From NCBI GenBank assembly GCA_951406725.2, contig OX597829.1, positions 25,854,001 to 25,918,000 of the forward strand: a stretch of 64,000 nucleotides of DNA, written 5' to 3'. Made by a program: the position numbers and the translations under genes. This DNA comes from Octopus vulgaris. Its lineage: Eukaryota. Below the pieces are notes generated by a model. It did not search any database. It saw nothing but the letters and a program-made list of their open reading frames with translations, and was not told where the DNA came from. Within the stretch, counting starts at the first letter, position 1, and each line of letters starts with the position of its first letter. Shown here piece after piece: positions 43,805 to 56,991 of this stretch.

Positions 43805-44231
43805 CTATAGAGTAATGACATTTAAGTTTGATCTGATTTCTTTCTATTAAGTCCAATAAAAATCTTTCTTTCTAAATTTTCAAATAAAGCCTCCGCTTAC
43901 TTGTGGGAGTTGTTCTGATTAGTTTTTGAATTCAGAAATTCATTCTGCTATCTTCAATGTCTCAATATTTTAATGTTCATAAATTCACTTGATTCGACCG
44001 GCATCGCAACAGTCATAAGAGATTTCTATGTTACGTTAGCATGTGGTTTACCGCAGTATCTGTAGTCCACGCTGTGAAATGACCTGATCTGTGTTAGGAT
44101 TAGGATTAGGACTAGGAACAGTTTAAAATTAGAGTGAAAATTCAGAAGGTCAAAATGTGTTAGTCCCTCCTTATGTCTACACAAGAAATGTTGTTCTTCA
44201 TGAACTTCTGCAGTGAATCATACCTGTATAG

Positions 44232-44646
44232 TATTGGGTTGTCCGGAAAGTTCGTGCCGATTTATAGTAGCTTGCCTTTCGACTTATTTTAGAACATGGT
44301 TGAGTCCATAAAATAGGATTCGACTACACTTCCATTTAGAGCAGAGTTTAAGCTATCTTTTCGTGGAGGAAGGTTTATGTTCCTATAACCTGTGTTAATT
44401 CTGTAACCCATTAAAAGATAAGAAAGTTCATTTTCGGCACTTGATGCTTTGAGAACCAGACAAAAATTGTTGCAGCTCGGCTGGGATGTGTTACCTCGAC
44501 CTCCATATTCACCAGATATTGCTCCTTCGGATTTCCACTTATTCAGGTCTCTGCAGAATAGTCTTAATGGTAAAAATTTCAATTCCTTGGATGACGTAAA
44601 AAGATACCTTGATGAATTCTTTGCCATGAAACCACCTCAATTCTGA
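44232..44646 (+). pseudogene. Internally deleted mariner element
   Basis: TA-TTGGGTTGTCCGGAAAGTTCG terminus; RTRQKLLQLGWDVLPRPPYSPDIAPSDFHLFRSLQNSLNGKNF. Confidence 0.92.
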
Positions 44647-45815
44647 GGCAATCACTGAGACTTTTGGCATTATGTCGTGATTGAGAAGAAGACCCATCAA
44701 ACCAAGCAAAATCACAGTCGTGGCAGATACCGGTATCATGCAAATGGCACCCGTGCCGGTGGAACATAAAGGCACCAGTTACACTCTTGGAATAGTTGGC
44801 GTTAGGAAGGGCATCCAGCCTTAGAAACCATACCAAATGGGAATAATAATATGATCTCTTTACTATGGATATAATGTTAACTCATTGTAGTCATCGTTTA
44901 CTGTATTAAATATAATAGCACCCCACTTCGATATCTGTTCCTTTTACATATAGTTACTTGTATAATTTAGTCTCATCAAGGGGTACGACTATCTCAAAAT
45001 ATTTAGCTAAGAAGTAGACAACAGCAATTGCTTCTTGACACAAGTTGTTAAGAAAGACATACAGAAGTTAAGGCCACTTCTTTGTCTGCACTCATCTTCC
45101 TTCTCAAGGCTACTGAGAGAAGTTGACGAGATCCTTACCCGGGAGGAACTTCCTTCGTCATGGATTCCAGAAATAGGAAATTATTCGCCTTTCTTTAATA
45201 AAAGAAGTTGGAGGTTTGACTTCATAATAGATCTGGATATTTGCTAGCCAGTTCCGTCTCTCACGTGATAACGATTGATCGACATAAACCCCCAAATCAG
45301 CAACATACAGGCATTGAATGAATGCATACGAGACGATTTTTTTCGCTCTGTAATCAACTTGGACAGCTTTAGTTATTGGTGTCCGTAGATTAAATCAATA
45401 TCGATAACGCTTTGTAAAAAAACTGTTGTAGGAGAAAAATAGATTGGAGAGGTGACTAGTTAACAAGAAGAAGAGATTAGAAAAGATATTGCGACCGACG
45501 AACTGGCAGCGAGAATACCTCTCGATCATTCCTCCAACACGAAACATGAAGGTTACGTTGTCTGAGTTATGGCTTTTGTATTAAAGCAAGAGGGAACAAA
45601 AACCATTCAAATGGTACGAGTGATGGCGGTATTCTGTGGTTACTAAGTCACAATTCGATCTTTGACAGACGGTGACAGGCGCATTCTACACTATCTCCAT
45701 TAGATCCTTGTGGTTTTCCAGTAAGCTTTTTCTCGAGTTTTCATGGTGAATAGATAGGTCAGGTGATAAAGAATTTTAGTGACTACCTTAATAGCCTGAT
45801 AGATAGATAGATAGG

Positions 45816-45909
<94 letters not shown>

Positions 45910-46569
45910 CACAGACGGGCGAACGGACACATATACAACGAGCCTCCATACAGTTTATGTTTGCCAAATTGACCCACAAATCATTGATCGTTCCAGAACT
46001 ACAGTAGAAAACACTTCCACAAGCTGTCATGTAGTGGCACTGAACCTGAAACCGTATGGATGGAAAGCGAGCATCTTAACGACACAGCCAAACTTACACC
46101 TATGTGTTAAAAAAAAAGATGAAGAAGAAAAGATGATCATTCGTAAACTCTATCGGAGAAATTTCTAAACGATTGCGAGAAAATTCATGGTGTTAATAAA
46201 AGGAAAATAACTTGCTACTATACTTGTTTGAAAGCTACAAATAAAAAAATCTATATTTACTATCAATATTAAATTTTAACGAGGAGTTACAACGGATTTA
46301 TGTTTCAAGATAGAAGGTGCATGAAAAAGCTACGCAGCCTTATAGCAAGTGGATGGTATGAATTAAATAAAACTGAAGATATGATTATATTTCTGACAAA
46401 ATGTTGGGCGAAATTGCTTAAATAAAAGGAAGCCAAAAAACAAATTGAAAGGAGACTTCTTAAAACCAGAAGGAATATATACAGTTTTAATTTCAGAACG
46501 GTTTAAAAATAAAATTATAATTATATCTACCCCCCCCCATCCTATCCATCTCCTCCACCAGCTATTTCT

Positions 46570-47730
46570 GAGATGATCGTGAGGACAGAGCTCTCAAGCA
46601 CCTCCTCCTTAGGGTTCTGTCAGAGGCAACTATCTGCTTTCCTGCTGTATTCTCAAAGATGACCAACTGAAACTATGAATATTATCCAACCATCTCATTC
46701 TTGAGCTCAATTTCAAGAATCTGTTATGCGAGTCTTTCCTGCGACATTCTAATCATATGTCCGTAGCAACGAAGCTGTGATCTCACAATGCACAGAAGTA
46801 GTGACTCGACCTGATCTCCAAGCTTCGCATCCTGTCGAGTGATGTTACTTGTATTCAAGATCGCACTCTTTCGATAATTACCCTACATTCATGACTTCCG
46901 GTGAGGGTAGGAATGAAAACCAGATTGAAGATAGAGAGAACTGGGCATTTTTACAATCATCACACCTTCTGAGGATTAAATGCTGAAGCTGACGTATTGT
47001 GCGAGCATCTGCAATTCTAGAATCCGGTTCAACCGCCTGTCTTCTATCATTCGTAAATATGACTCCGAGATACTTAAACACCACAACTTGTTTCAATGAT
47101 GTTCTACATATATGCAAAATGTACTGGGAAGACATTCTAGAGAGGACCAATATCTCAGTCTTCGCAACACTAATTCTCGTCCCTGCCTTGCAGCACTCGG
47201 CAGCGAATCCATTTAGTGCATGCTGAGAATCACCTCATGAGCCAAATTGCATCATATCGTCTGCAAATATCAACCGACCGATCCTACATCCACAACGGCT
47301 GCATATGTCGATCCAGCTCATAAAAATTATGAAAAGGGGACATGCCAATATATACCCCTGTCGAATTCCAAAACCCACGTTGAAAGATTTCGGCTGTGTA
47401 CCATTTACCCGAAAGCAAATGTCTAGGCGTTCGTATAGGGACTTCATGGCAACCAAAAGTTGCCCATTAATTCCAGACTCCTATAAAACTTAGCATAGCA
47501 TGTTCCGCAGGCTTTACGAAATCTACAAAGAAAGCGTATTCCTCTTGACACTATTCCCACGATTTCTCGAAGACACGCTGTAGAGTGAAGATCTGGTCGG
47601 TTGTGTTGCATCCAGAACGGAAGCCACACGTTTCTTCAGCTAGCTTGGGTTGGACAATTTCCCTACTCTCTTTCCTAGAAATCTTGCGTAGCCTTTACCG
47701 AGGCGGCCCAAAAAGGATATTCCTCTACAA
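46570..47730 (-). pseudogene. Decayed LINE reverse transcriptase fragment (RTE-like)
   Basis: FNVGFGIRQGYILACPLFIIFM, LIFADDM, LKQVVVFKYLGVIFT; many frameshifts. Confidence 0.85.
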
Positions 47731-47805
47731 TTAGAGCGCCTCTCTTTTCTCCCTGTATACATGTGTGTATGTGTGTGTGTGTGTGTGCGTGCGCGCGCCC
47801 GTGAA

Positions 47806-48115
47806 GGCGAGTGGCTTAGCGGTTAGGGTAATCGTCTCAAGATGGTAAGGTCATGAGTTCGATTCCCAGCGGCTCGTTATGTCGTCGAACAAAACACTTT
47901 ATATTACATTGCTCCAGTCCACTCAGCTGGCAAAAATTAGTTTTACCTGTGCTTCAGAGGGCCAGCTTTGTCACACTGTGAGTCACATTGAATTAGCTAC
48001 TTTAAAGGCACGCGTGTCTGAAGTGCTCAGTTACTTGCACGTTAATTTCACGAGCAGGCTGTTCCGCTGATCGGATCAACTGAAACCCTCGTCGTCGTAA
48101 CTGACAGAATGCCAG
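47806..48115 (+). mobile_element. SINE family C (Meta-domain-like)
   Basis: TGGCTTAGCGG A box, GAGTTCGATTCCC B box, TTGCTCCAGTCCACTCAGCTGG. Confidence 0.8.
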
Positions 48116-48120
48116 TTATA

Positions 48121-48915
48121 TAGTGGGTCATCCCATAAATAATGCGGTTTTTTATGCTTCTTTTATTATTCAAAATTAAGATAAACAAAGTTCTTTTTTA
48201 ATCTAAAATATACTCTCTTTCATTTTCTACAATGCTCTTACATTTATCTGGTAGATGTTCAAGGACCCTCTTCCAAAATTCACTTCCGTCCAAATGATTT
48301 TGAAGACTGCTGAATGAATGATAATCAGATGGGGCAATGTTTGGCGAATCTGGTGGGTAGGGCATCGTTTCCCATTCAAACTGCTGCAGCCTTTGGAATG
48401 TCATCCTCGCTGTATGTGGCCGAGCATTATCCTGATGGAAGAACACCTTTCGTCTTGAAACCGAAGATGGTCGCTTTCCTTCTAGCGCTGACTTGAATGA
48501 CTGGTTAAATGACCAAATCTAAGCTTCTCTGCTAGTTCTTCAACAGTTACGAATTAGATTTTGTTCCACCAGGTTTTGCAGGAATCCTTTGTCAAGCTCT
48601 ACAGATCTTCCAGGACGAGGTTCATCTTCCAGGTTGCAGTTTCTGACTCGGAATTTCTGGTACCACCGTTGACACTGGCTTACGCTTATTGTCCAATCCC
48701 TATATACTGCATTAATATTCTTCGCACTTTCCGTTGCGTTGTTGCTTTTATTGAACTCATAAAGCAAAATATGCCGAATATGCTCCTTTGTCACTTCCAT
48801 TATAGCTTTGAAAAAAAATAATTGTTAAAATCTAACTGCACTCTTCAAAACTTGCACTAAGAACAAAAACAAGGTAAAATTACTACCTGCTTTTATAACA
48901 AGTTGATGCAGGTAA
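48121..48915 (-). pseudogene. Internally deleted mariner element
   Basis: MEVTKEHIRHILLYEFNK...CQRWYQKFR..LEDEPRPGRS (HTH) and FHQDNARPH...PPDSPNIAPSDYH (DDD domain); TIR-like end at ~48121-48152. Confidence 0.92.
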
Positions 48916-49155
48916 GCAAGTTTTATTTTTATTTTTATTCTTTTATTTGTTTCAGTCATTTGACAGAGGCCATACTGGAGCACCGCCTTTAGTCGAACAA
49001 ATCGACCTTAGGACTTATTCTTCGTAAACCTAGTACTTATTCTATCGGTTTCATTTTACCGAACCGCTAAGTTACGTGGACGTAAACACACCAACATCGG
49101 TTTTCAAGCGATGGTGGGGGAACAAACACAGACACACAAACACACACACGCAGAC

Positions 49156-49197
<42 letters not shown>

Positions 49198-49436
49198 ACA
49201 CAGACACGCACATACACACACACATAAATGGAACAAAAAAGTAATAGAGGGCATTAAAACGCTCGGACAGATAGACGATATAAAGGCGGGCAAGAGAAAC
49301 AACAATTAGAAGGACAGGCAAAAACAGATGGGTCATTCTTGGCTTTCTTTCATCAGTCAAGTCCCAGAAGTCGCGCAGGATGACCAATGCCTTGTGAGTG
49401 GATTTGGTAGACGGAAACTGAAAGAAGCCCGTCGTG

Positions 49437-49489
<53 letters not shown>

Positions 49490-49814
49490 GACCCCCTTCG
49501 GTCATGACTGACCATGGGATTGCACCTAGTAAGTTACCCTCCGTGGCACAAGTCTGGGCAAGGTTGTTTATGGAAGACCAGCAGTCGCCCATGCATACCA
49601 GCCTCCTCTCTCCACGCCACCGATGTTATCCAAGGGAAAGGCAAAGGCCGATACAGCTTGGCACCAGAGACATAGCAGTGCATTTATTAACGTGCAAGTG
49701 GCTGAGCACTCCACAGACACATGTACCCTTAATATAGTTCTCGGGGAGATTCAGAGTGACACAGAGTGTGACAAGGCTGACCCTTTGAAATACAGGTACA
49801 ACAAAAACAGAAAG

Positions 49815-50532
49815 TGTATGAATGTGTATGTATGTATGTATGTATGTATGTATGTATGTATGTATGTATGTATGTATGTATGTATGTATGTGTGTATGTA
49901 TGTATGTATGTATGTATGTATGTATGTATGTATGTATGTATGTATGTGTGTGTGTGTATGTATGTATGTATGTATGTATGTATGTATGTATGTATGTATG
50001 TATGAATGTGTGTGTATGTATGTATATATGTGTGTGAGTATATGTATATATGTGTGTATGTGTGCATGAATGTTTGTATGCATGCTTGCATGCATGTATA
50101 TATGTATATATGCATATATGTCTATATGCATGTATGCTTGCATGTATGTATGTATGTATGTATGTATGTATGTATGTATGTATGTATGTATGTATGTATG
50201 TATGTATGTATGTATGTATGTGTATGTATGTATGTATGTATGTATGTATGTATGTATGTATGTATGTATGTATGTGTGTGTACGTATGTATTTATGCGTG
50301 TAGTATGTATGTATGTATGTATGTATGTATGCATGTGTGTGTACGTATGTATGTATGCGTGTAGTATGTATGTATGTATGCATGTATATATGTATGTATG
50401 TATGTATGTATGTGTGTGTCTGTATGTATGTATGTGTGTATGTATGTATGCATGCTTGCATGCATGCATGCATGCATGCATGTATGTATGTATGTATGTA
50501 TGTATGTATGTATGTATGTATGTATGTATGTA
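49815..50532. repeat. ~700-bp (TATG)n compound microsatellite
   Basis: Direct inspection. Confidence 0.95.
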
Positions 50533-50906
50533 CCATCAAAAGTCAGGAGGCAGTGAATATATTTATTTAACTACTTGTCATCTTAAGAATAATGGCCGTC
50601 CCGCAACCTTCATCGTGTAATAATAATTTCAGTATATTATTACATAATGAAGGCTGCGTAACATCAATAATGCTAAGGATGGCAAGTGGTAAAATGAATA
50701 AATATATTCATCTCTCATAGCCCCTGACGTTTTATGGCTTATATACTCCTCATCAAATAATCTCATTGATTAAATCTGGACTTCAGCTACATAGGCGTGT
50801 TGCATTATACTCCTCCATATTGGATTACTATGAGATCTGTTAGCCATATCCGCTAGAAGAGCTTTCCATGATAGCCGCACGAGTCTGCGAATCTATATAT
50901 TACACA

Positions 50907-50984
<78 letters not shown>

Positions 50985-51085
50985 ATATACATATATATAT
51001 ATATATATACACACGCATACATACATACATCCATACACACATACATACCTACGTGAATGCATGCATGCATGAATACATACATACA

Positions 51086-51116
<31 letters not shown>

Positions 51117-51118
<2 letters not shown>

Positions 51119-51640
51119 GGTGGCTGCGCCCTCGTTATCGAGTATGGCCATTGCACGAAGCTTAATCAATGTTGTTATCGTGCAATGCCTGTGCAAGATT
51201 TTTTAAAGTGAGGAAAGGCTGTGCACTGAGCCATAATCCGAAAAGAAAAACAAGTCAACATCATCGGTAACCCCTGAGCCGCAGGTTTTATGTCGGAATT
51301 ATCCCAGTTACCTGAGTTATCTTCTCCTAGAAGGATGCCCTAACAAAGGCTAGGAGTCCTTCACTCCCAATGGTTTAACCGCGCGATCGGGTATTCAGTC
51401 CGATTATTTCTATGTCCCCGCGCATGATACAGCCTTAAGACATTTATTGAATGGCCATTGACTCTCAAGAGTTCCTCCGCCCTTTGACGGGTTTTGTTTT
51501 TCATCCCGCAGGGTGTCCAATAAACACCCTCCTCACCAAGCAAGCTTGGTGGGGTTGCCGGTTTAGTCGCCGACGACCCGACCATACAACAGGTTGTACT
51601 GGGTTACATGTTACCAGTAGCACTCGAAAGTGACCTGACA
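51117..51640 (-). mobile_element. Non-autonomous RTE-like retroelement (5' UTR fused to 3' end) in (TATG)n
   Basis: Minus GGCATCCTTCTAGGAGAAGATAACTC resembles the recalled RTE 5'-UTR motif; no ORF; (TATG)n on both sides; 10-bp stem near the 3' end (51149-51158/51178-51187). Confidence 0.65.
51558..51635 (-). ncRNA. HDV-like ribozyme fold (partly decayed) at element 5' end
   Basis: [GGTCAC]..27 nt..[CCAGT][ACA]ACCTGT[TGT][ATGGTC]GGG[TCG]TCGG[CGA]CTAA[ACCGG] matches the order P1-P2-P3-L3-P3'-P1'-J1.1/4-P4-J4/2-P2'. Confidence 0.65.
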
Positions 51641-51738
51641 TATATGCATACGTACATACATACATACATACATACATACATACATACATACATACATACA
51701 TACATACATACATACATACATACATACGTACGTACATA

Positions 51739-52128
51739 GGCGTAGGAGTGGCTGTGTGGTACGTAGCTTGCTTAAGGCGGCGAGCTGGCAGAAACGTTAG
51801 CACGCCGGGCGAAATGCTTAGCGGTATTTCGTCTGCCGTTACGTTGTGAGTTCAAATTCCGCCGAGGTCGACTTTGCCTTTCATCCTTTCGGGGGTCGAT
51901 AAATTAAGTACCAGTTACGCACTGGGGTCGATGTAATCGACTTAATACCTATGTCTGTCCTTGTTTGTCCCCTCTGTGTTTAGCCCCTTGTGGGTAATAA
52001 AGAAATAGGTACGTAGCTTGCTTACGAACCACATGGTTCCGGGTTCAGTCCCACTGCGTGGCACCTTGGGCAAGTGGATTTGGTGGATGGAAACTGAAAG
52101 AAGCCCGTCGTATATTTGTGTGTGTATA

Positions 52129-52203
<75 letters not shown>

Positions 52204-52487
52204 TTGTATGTATGTATGTATGTATGTATGTATGTTTGTATGTACATATGTATGTATGTATGCATGTATGTGTGTGTGTGTATGTGTGTGTGTGTGTTTG
52301 CCCCACCCCCAACATCGCTTGACAACCGATGCTGGTGTGTTTAGATCCCTGTAACTTAGCAGTTCGACAAAAGAAACCGATAGAATAAGTACTAGGCTTA
52401 CAAAGAATAGGTCCTGGGGTCGATTTGCTCGACTAAAGGCGGTGCTGCAGCATGGCCACAGTCAAATGACTGAAACAAGTAAAAGAG
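51739..52487 (+). mobile_element. SINE A with a nested intact SINE B (51775-52007)
   Basis: 17-bp perfect TSD GGTACGTAGCTTGCTTA at 51758-51774 and 52008-52024. Confidence 0.93.
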
Positions 52488-52499
52488 TATACATACATA

Positions 52500-52980
52500 G
52501 CAAAGACTGTTTACTGCTATCCACAAGAACGGCTGCTCTGACCTAAAAATACATGGCATGTCAGAACCAGCAGGTATTCACACCTTTAAAAACAAGGCAT
52601 ATTGGTGGAACATCTTAATAAAAAACTTCAATTCGGTGCAAACATAACAAATCGTTGTTCTGTGGGACAGGGAACAGGTCATATACTGTTGTAGAGGCCA
52701 GCTGCCCAGCTGATATAAATGTATATAATCGAAAGTCCAGAAAAAAAGTGAACATTTATGGTGAATTAATGCGAAATTTGCAGCTCTTGTACGCTGACTA
52801 TGAATCCTCATTTGTACTTATCTTCATAAGTGCATTAGGTTATGTACCAACAAATTTCCACAAAATCCTAGAAATACCCGGTTTCACAGAAAAGAGCAAA
52901 AGAAACTGATGCGGATTCTCAACATCCAATCTATTAGCAACATAGTGAAGATTTGTAAGAAATTCCAAAGATTCTCCATT
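52500..52980 (+). pseudogene. R4/Dong-like LINE 3' fragment (restriction-like endonuclease)
   Basis: TVVEASCPADINV..KKVNIYGELMRNLQLLYADY...IFISALGYV; homologous to 55480-55820. Confidence 0.8.
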
Positions 52981-53173
52981 TGTGATTCTTTCGGTGAATA
53001 GATGCGGATACTTGGGTGTTTACATCGACAGCTCAACCAACGCACCAACTCAACAACATATAAAAACAAACACCGAGAACTCGCTCAACTCAAAAAGTTT
53101 TGTTGCTTTGTTACCAACAGGTTTGAACTCTCCCAAGAACTTAAATTAAACTCAAAGAAAAAAACATACATGC

Positions 53174-53220
<47 letters not shown>

Positions 53221-53226
53221 TATATA

Positions 53227-53400
53227 TATATTAAATTAGAGATAAAACCACTATTAGGCAAATCATACAATGAGTTTTTCATTGTATGATTTGCCTAATA
53301 GTGGTTTTATCTCTAATTTAATATAATATAATATTTTATTATAAAATTGGATTCAATCTGATTTTTCCCTGTAAGTTTGGAGTTATTCCCTAATATTTTA
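53227..53400. mobile_element. (TA)n-embedded element with perfect 47-bp fold-back; truncated sibling of the 56105-56425 element
   Basis: 53227-53273 is the reverse complement of 53279-53325; 53277-53395 aligns with ~56291-56420. Confidence 0.8.
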
Positions 53401-53425
53401 TTATATATATAAAAATATATATATA

Positions 53426-54092
53426 CTAGTTTAAAAACCACCCTATCGGGGAGCCTTTAAGCTAGTATATAGCTTTTAAGCTACTGACCTCGAATGGAAA
53501 AATCTGCAAACAGATCTTAGACTTGTTTTGGAGAATTTGTTGCAATTGCTTCTTCCAGACTCATATCCCAATAATGATCATATTCATTGCAAACAATCAA
53601 GTAAAAAAATCGCCGAAATTAATCGCTGGATTTCGCAGTTAATTTCGATTATTCCCAAAATTTATTTCCAAATTATAAAAATTGTTATCGTACAAAAAGA
53701 TTCACCGCAAAAAAGTCACGAAAAAAAAAAACTGCCGAAAATAATCACAGTAATGAAAACTCGGGAATCCAAAATTTCAGGATCGCGAGTTCGGGTTTGG
53801 CCAGGTATATTTTTAATTTACTCACAGAGTCGACCTTTAGATTATAAAAATTGTTATCGTACAAAACAATTCATTGCAAAAAGTCATGTAAAAAAATCAC
53901 CGAAAACAATCGCAGTAATGGAAACTTGGGAATTCAAAATTTCAGGATTGCGGGTCCGGATTCAGCCCGGAATGCTTTTAATTTACTCAAGGAGTCGCCT
54001 GATTCCAAAATAATATGGTATGTTGGGCTACGGCCTCTAAGGGTAAAGTTGAAAAAGTGCGACACACTGACATTCGCATTTATTATAATAAA
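53426..54092 (-). mobile_element. Non-autonomous Helitron-like element with 169-bp internal tandem repeat
   Basis: Minus 3' end CCC-CGATA-GGG hairpin then CTAG|T; 5' end A|TTTATTATAATAAATG (TC mutated); repeat units start at 53672 and 53841. Confidence 0.55.
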
Positions 54093-54814
54093 TGTAGGGA
54101 GAAAGAGAGAGGGAAAGAGGGGAGGAGAGTATAAATAAACTTGAGACAAGTCAGTTAATTGAAATCACAAATTATAGTCCAAATAGGTTAATTAAAAGGA
54201 ATGGAAAGGAGTTATCTCCCTTATGAAAATTTAGAGGTTGTTAAAATGAGAATTAATAAAATATTTGAAAGAACATGTTATATTTAAGAAATACGTCACA
54301 GACTGGTGAATATTTTTGTTTACAAACGAAGAAAAATCTACGCACTGCGTAAAATAGGATTTGTACGTTTTATTGGAAGTTAACGCTGATTGAAATGTTG
54401 AGTTTTACGTTGCTGATTATTAATGTAGGGAAGTAGCGTAACAATATATAAGGAAAATACCTCATATGTTCTATTAATGACAATCATGTGTAACGTATTT
54501 TCTAACAGCTTTTTCAGGAGCCAACAAATCTTGAATTTCGACTACTAATATTTTGAGGTGTATACAACTATTTGTGTTTATAATATGAAACTCTGTAAAT
54601 TATTTCTTTGCCTTTTCCCCCCTCCAATTATCCTCCATCCCCCACTTTTGATGTAAAAGTAGGAGGTATTGTAAGACATAAAGAGATAAAATAGAGCAAG
54701 GTAATTGAAGATGTTAAATAAATACAGAAATAATACAGGATATCTGTGGACAGTTAAGTTGTTAAAAAAGAATACATACAAAGGCACCAATCAAGGAATA
54801 TTTTCCATATGTGC

Positions 54815-54847
<33 letters not shown>

Positions 54848-54975
54848 TGTATGTATGTATGTATGTATGTATGTATGTATGTATGAATGAATGAATGCCT
54901 GTATATATATATAAGTGCCGAATCCTCTGTGTGTTAAGATGGACTTCCTAACGATAATGTAAACTTAATCTAACA

Positions 54976-55086
54976 AAGATACCCTTGGCCTGAAGGGTAA
55001 CCTGTTGCATGCACCTCGCTTGGATGTTTCCTTCTTCCGAGGTAAACATAATTACATCGCTATGAAACATATGTAGCCGAAATCTT
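54976..55086 (+). ncRNA. Type I hammerhead motif (A9G variant)
   Basis: AAGAT-ACCC-TTGGC-CTGAAGG-GTA...TAT-GAAAC-ATAT-GTA-GCCGA-A-ATCTT; stems I and III pair. Confidence 0.6.
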
Positions 55087-55326
55087 ATCTACTCCATTCC
55101 TTAACTCTTGTATTCCTATTCGCATACCTGGGAACCTTGCCTGCCTATCGTGAAATATAGAATAGTTTTTTTCCAGCTTATTGTTGTACTTCGATACAGA
55201 AAAAATTCGCAACCTTTCGCCCCAATAAACTATTATTGTCCCTGAAAGTTGTTTTTATATTTTCTACGCATTTCTTGATACTCACTTTCTTCCTACACCT
55301 CGACCCTTGGATCTTACCTAAGTATA

Positions 55327-55409
<83 letters not shown>

Positions 55410-55475
55410 GTTTATATGTATTGTGTTATGTATATATTGTCATGCATATAGTTGCATGTCTAGACATGCTCATAT

Positions 55476-55985
55476 ATACTTAAATGATAGACTTCTGGAA
55501 AGTTTTACAGATTTTTACAGTTCCAGTGATGGATTGGATCTGTAGTCTTCGAATTAGCTTTCTCCTTTCTTGTTTTGAGAAGCCTAATTTCTCAAGTTTG
55601 GTATTTAGGCAGTGTGTTACATATTCCAGTGCCCCAATAATTATAAGTATAAACTTCAACTTGTAATCTGGATAGAGTAACTGCAAATTTCTCAATAGTT
55701 TAGTGTATGTATTACCTTTTTCACTGATCTTCAACTTTACGTTAACATCCGATGGGCAGCTAATTTCCACAACTGTGGACCGTTTCTCTTCTCTATCCCT
55801 AATCATTATATCAGGTCTGTTGTGCTAACATTTTATTGCGGTCTTCCCTGGGACATTCCACCTGTACTCCTTTTTATTACGGGTGGCTATGGTTTCTACC
55901 ATACTGTGGGTTCTTATTTCTTTGTCCTCGGGATTATCCTCCTGATGGATTTCATTATAGAGCGTCTTAGTTACAACATCATGTC
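55476..55985 (-). pseudogene. R4/Dong-like LINE 3' fragment (restriction-like endonuclease)
   Basis: HNRPDIMIRDREEKRSTVVEISCPSDVNVKLKISEKGNTY...IIIGALEYV (PD..E..K REL motif). Confidence 0.85.
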
Positions 55986-56040
55986 TCATCGGTCTCATCG
56001 TATGTATGTATGTATGTATGTATGTATGTATGTATGTATG

Positions 56041-56104
<64 letters not shown>

Positions 56105-56109
<5 letters not shown>

Positions 56110-56417
56110 CCTCGCTAAGATATTTCAATTAACCTGAAGATTCACTGTAACCATAACTCGAATTATTACGAATTGTACAGCCATGAAACGATCGTAGTGT
56201 TTTACTCTTTATCTTTTATTAAACTTTTAATACTTTTGATATATATTTAAAATAATATAAATTAATTAATTTTATGTATTGGCTAATGTTTTTCATTGTT
56301 TGATTTGCTTAATAGTGGTTTTATCTCTAATTTAATATAATATAATATATTTATACTATAAAATTGGATATAATCCTAAATCTGATTTTTCCCTGTAAGT
56401 TTGGATTTATTCCCTAA

Positions 56418-56425
<8 letters not shown>
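56105..56425 (+). mobile_element. ~320-bp (TA)n-embedded element with hammerhead motif (56131-56200)
   Basis: AC-CTGAAGA-TTCA CTGTA...TACAG CCAT-GAAAC-GATC-GTA-GT; (TA)n on both sides. Confidence 0.7.
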
Positions 56426-56501
<76 letters not shown>

Positions 56502-56696
56502 GTTTCTTCATTTTTTATTTGTTTCAGTCATTGGATTGCGACCTTGCTCTGCCTTAAATAGTTTTTTAGGGGAACAAATCGATCCCAGTAATTATTTATT
56601 TTTTTACGCCTTGTACATATCTATCTGTCTCTCTTGTAAAACTGCTAAGTTACGTTAAAACGCACAAGCGGTGTCAGCTTGACAAGCGATGGCGAG

Positions 56697-56733
<37 letters not shown>

Positions 56734-56924
56734 GGGCTTCCGTACACTTTCCGTCTACAATGTCCACTTACAAGACAGTAGTCAACTCGATAACAATTCT
56801 GCGAAGGTATGAAAGACAAAGTCTACATCAGCAGGGTTCGAACACATGTAGGGAGCTGGATTAAATGACTCAAGACAATCACCAGACGTCTATGAGAGAG
56901 AGAGAGGGGGGAGGGAGAGGGAGA

Positions 56925-56991
<67 letters not shown>

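Noticed and set aside
45000-45780. Possible Penelope RT / GIY-YIG remnant on the minus strand
   Set aside because: Only faint motif resemblance; needs a translated HMM search.
49623-50620. YVCM/HTYI-repeat ORFs
   Set aside because: Translations of (TATG)n.
50712-50750. Minus TTGATGAGG...CC-ATAAACGTCAG hammerhead-like remnant
   Set aside because: Both core boxes are mutated; too degenerate to support.
53528-54013. 161-aa ORF with an internal repeat
   Set aside because: Falls in the 169-bp tandem of a Helitron-like element and has no recognisable domain.
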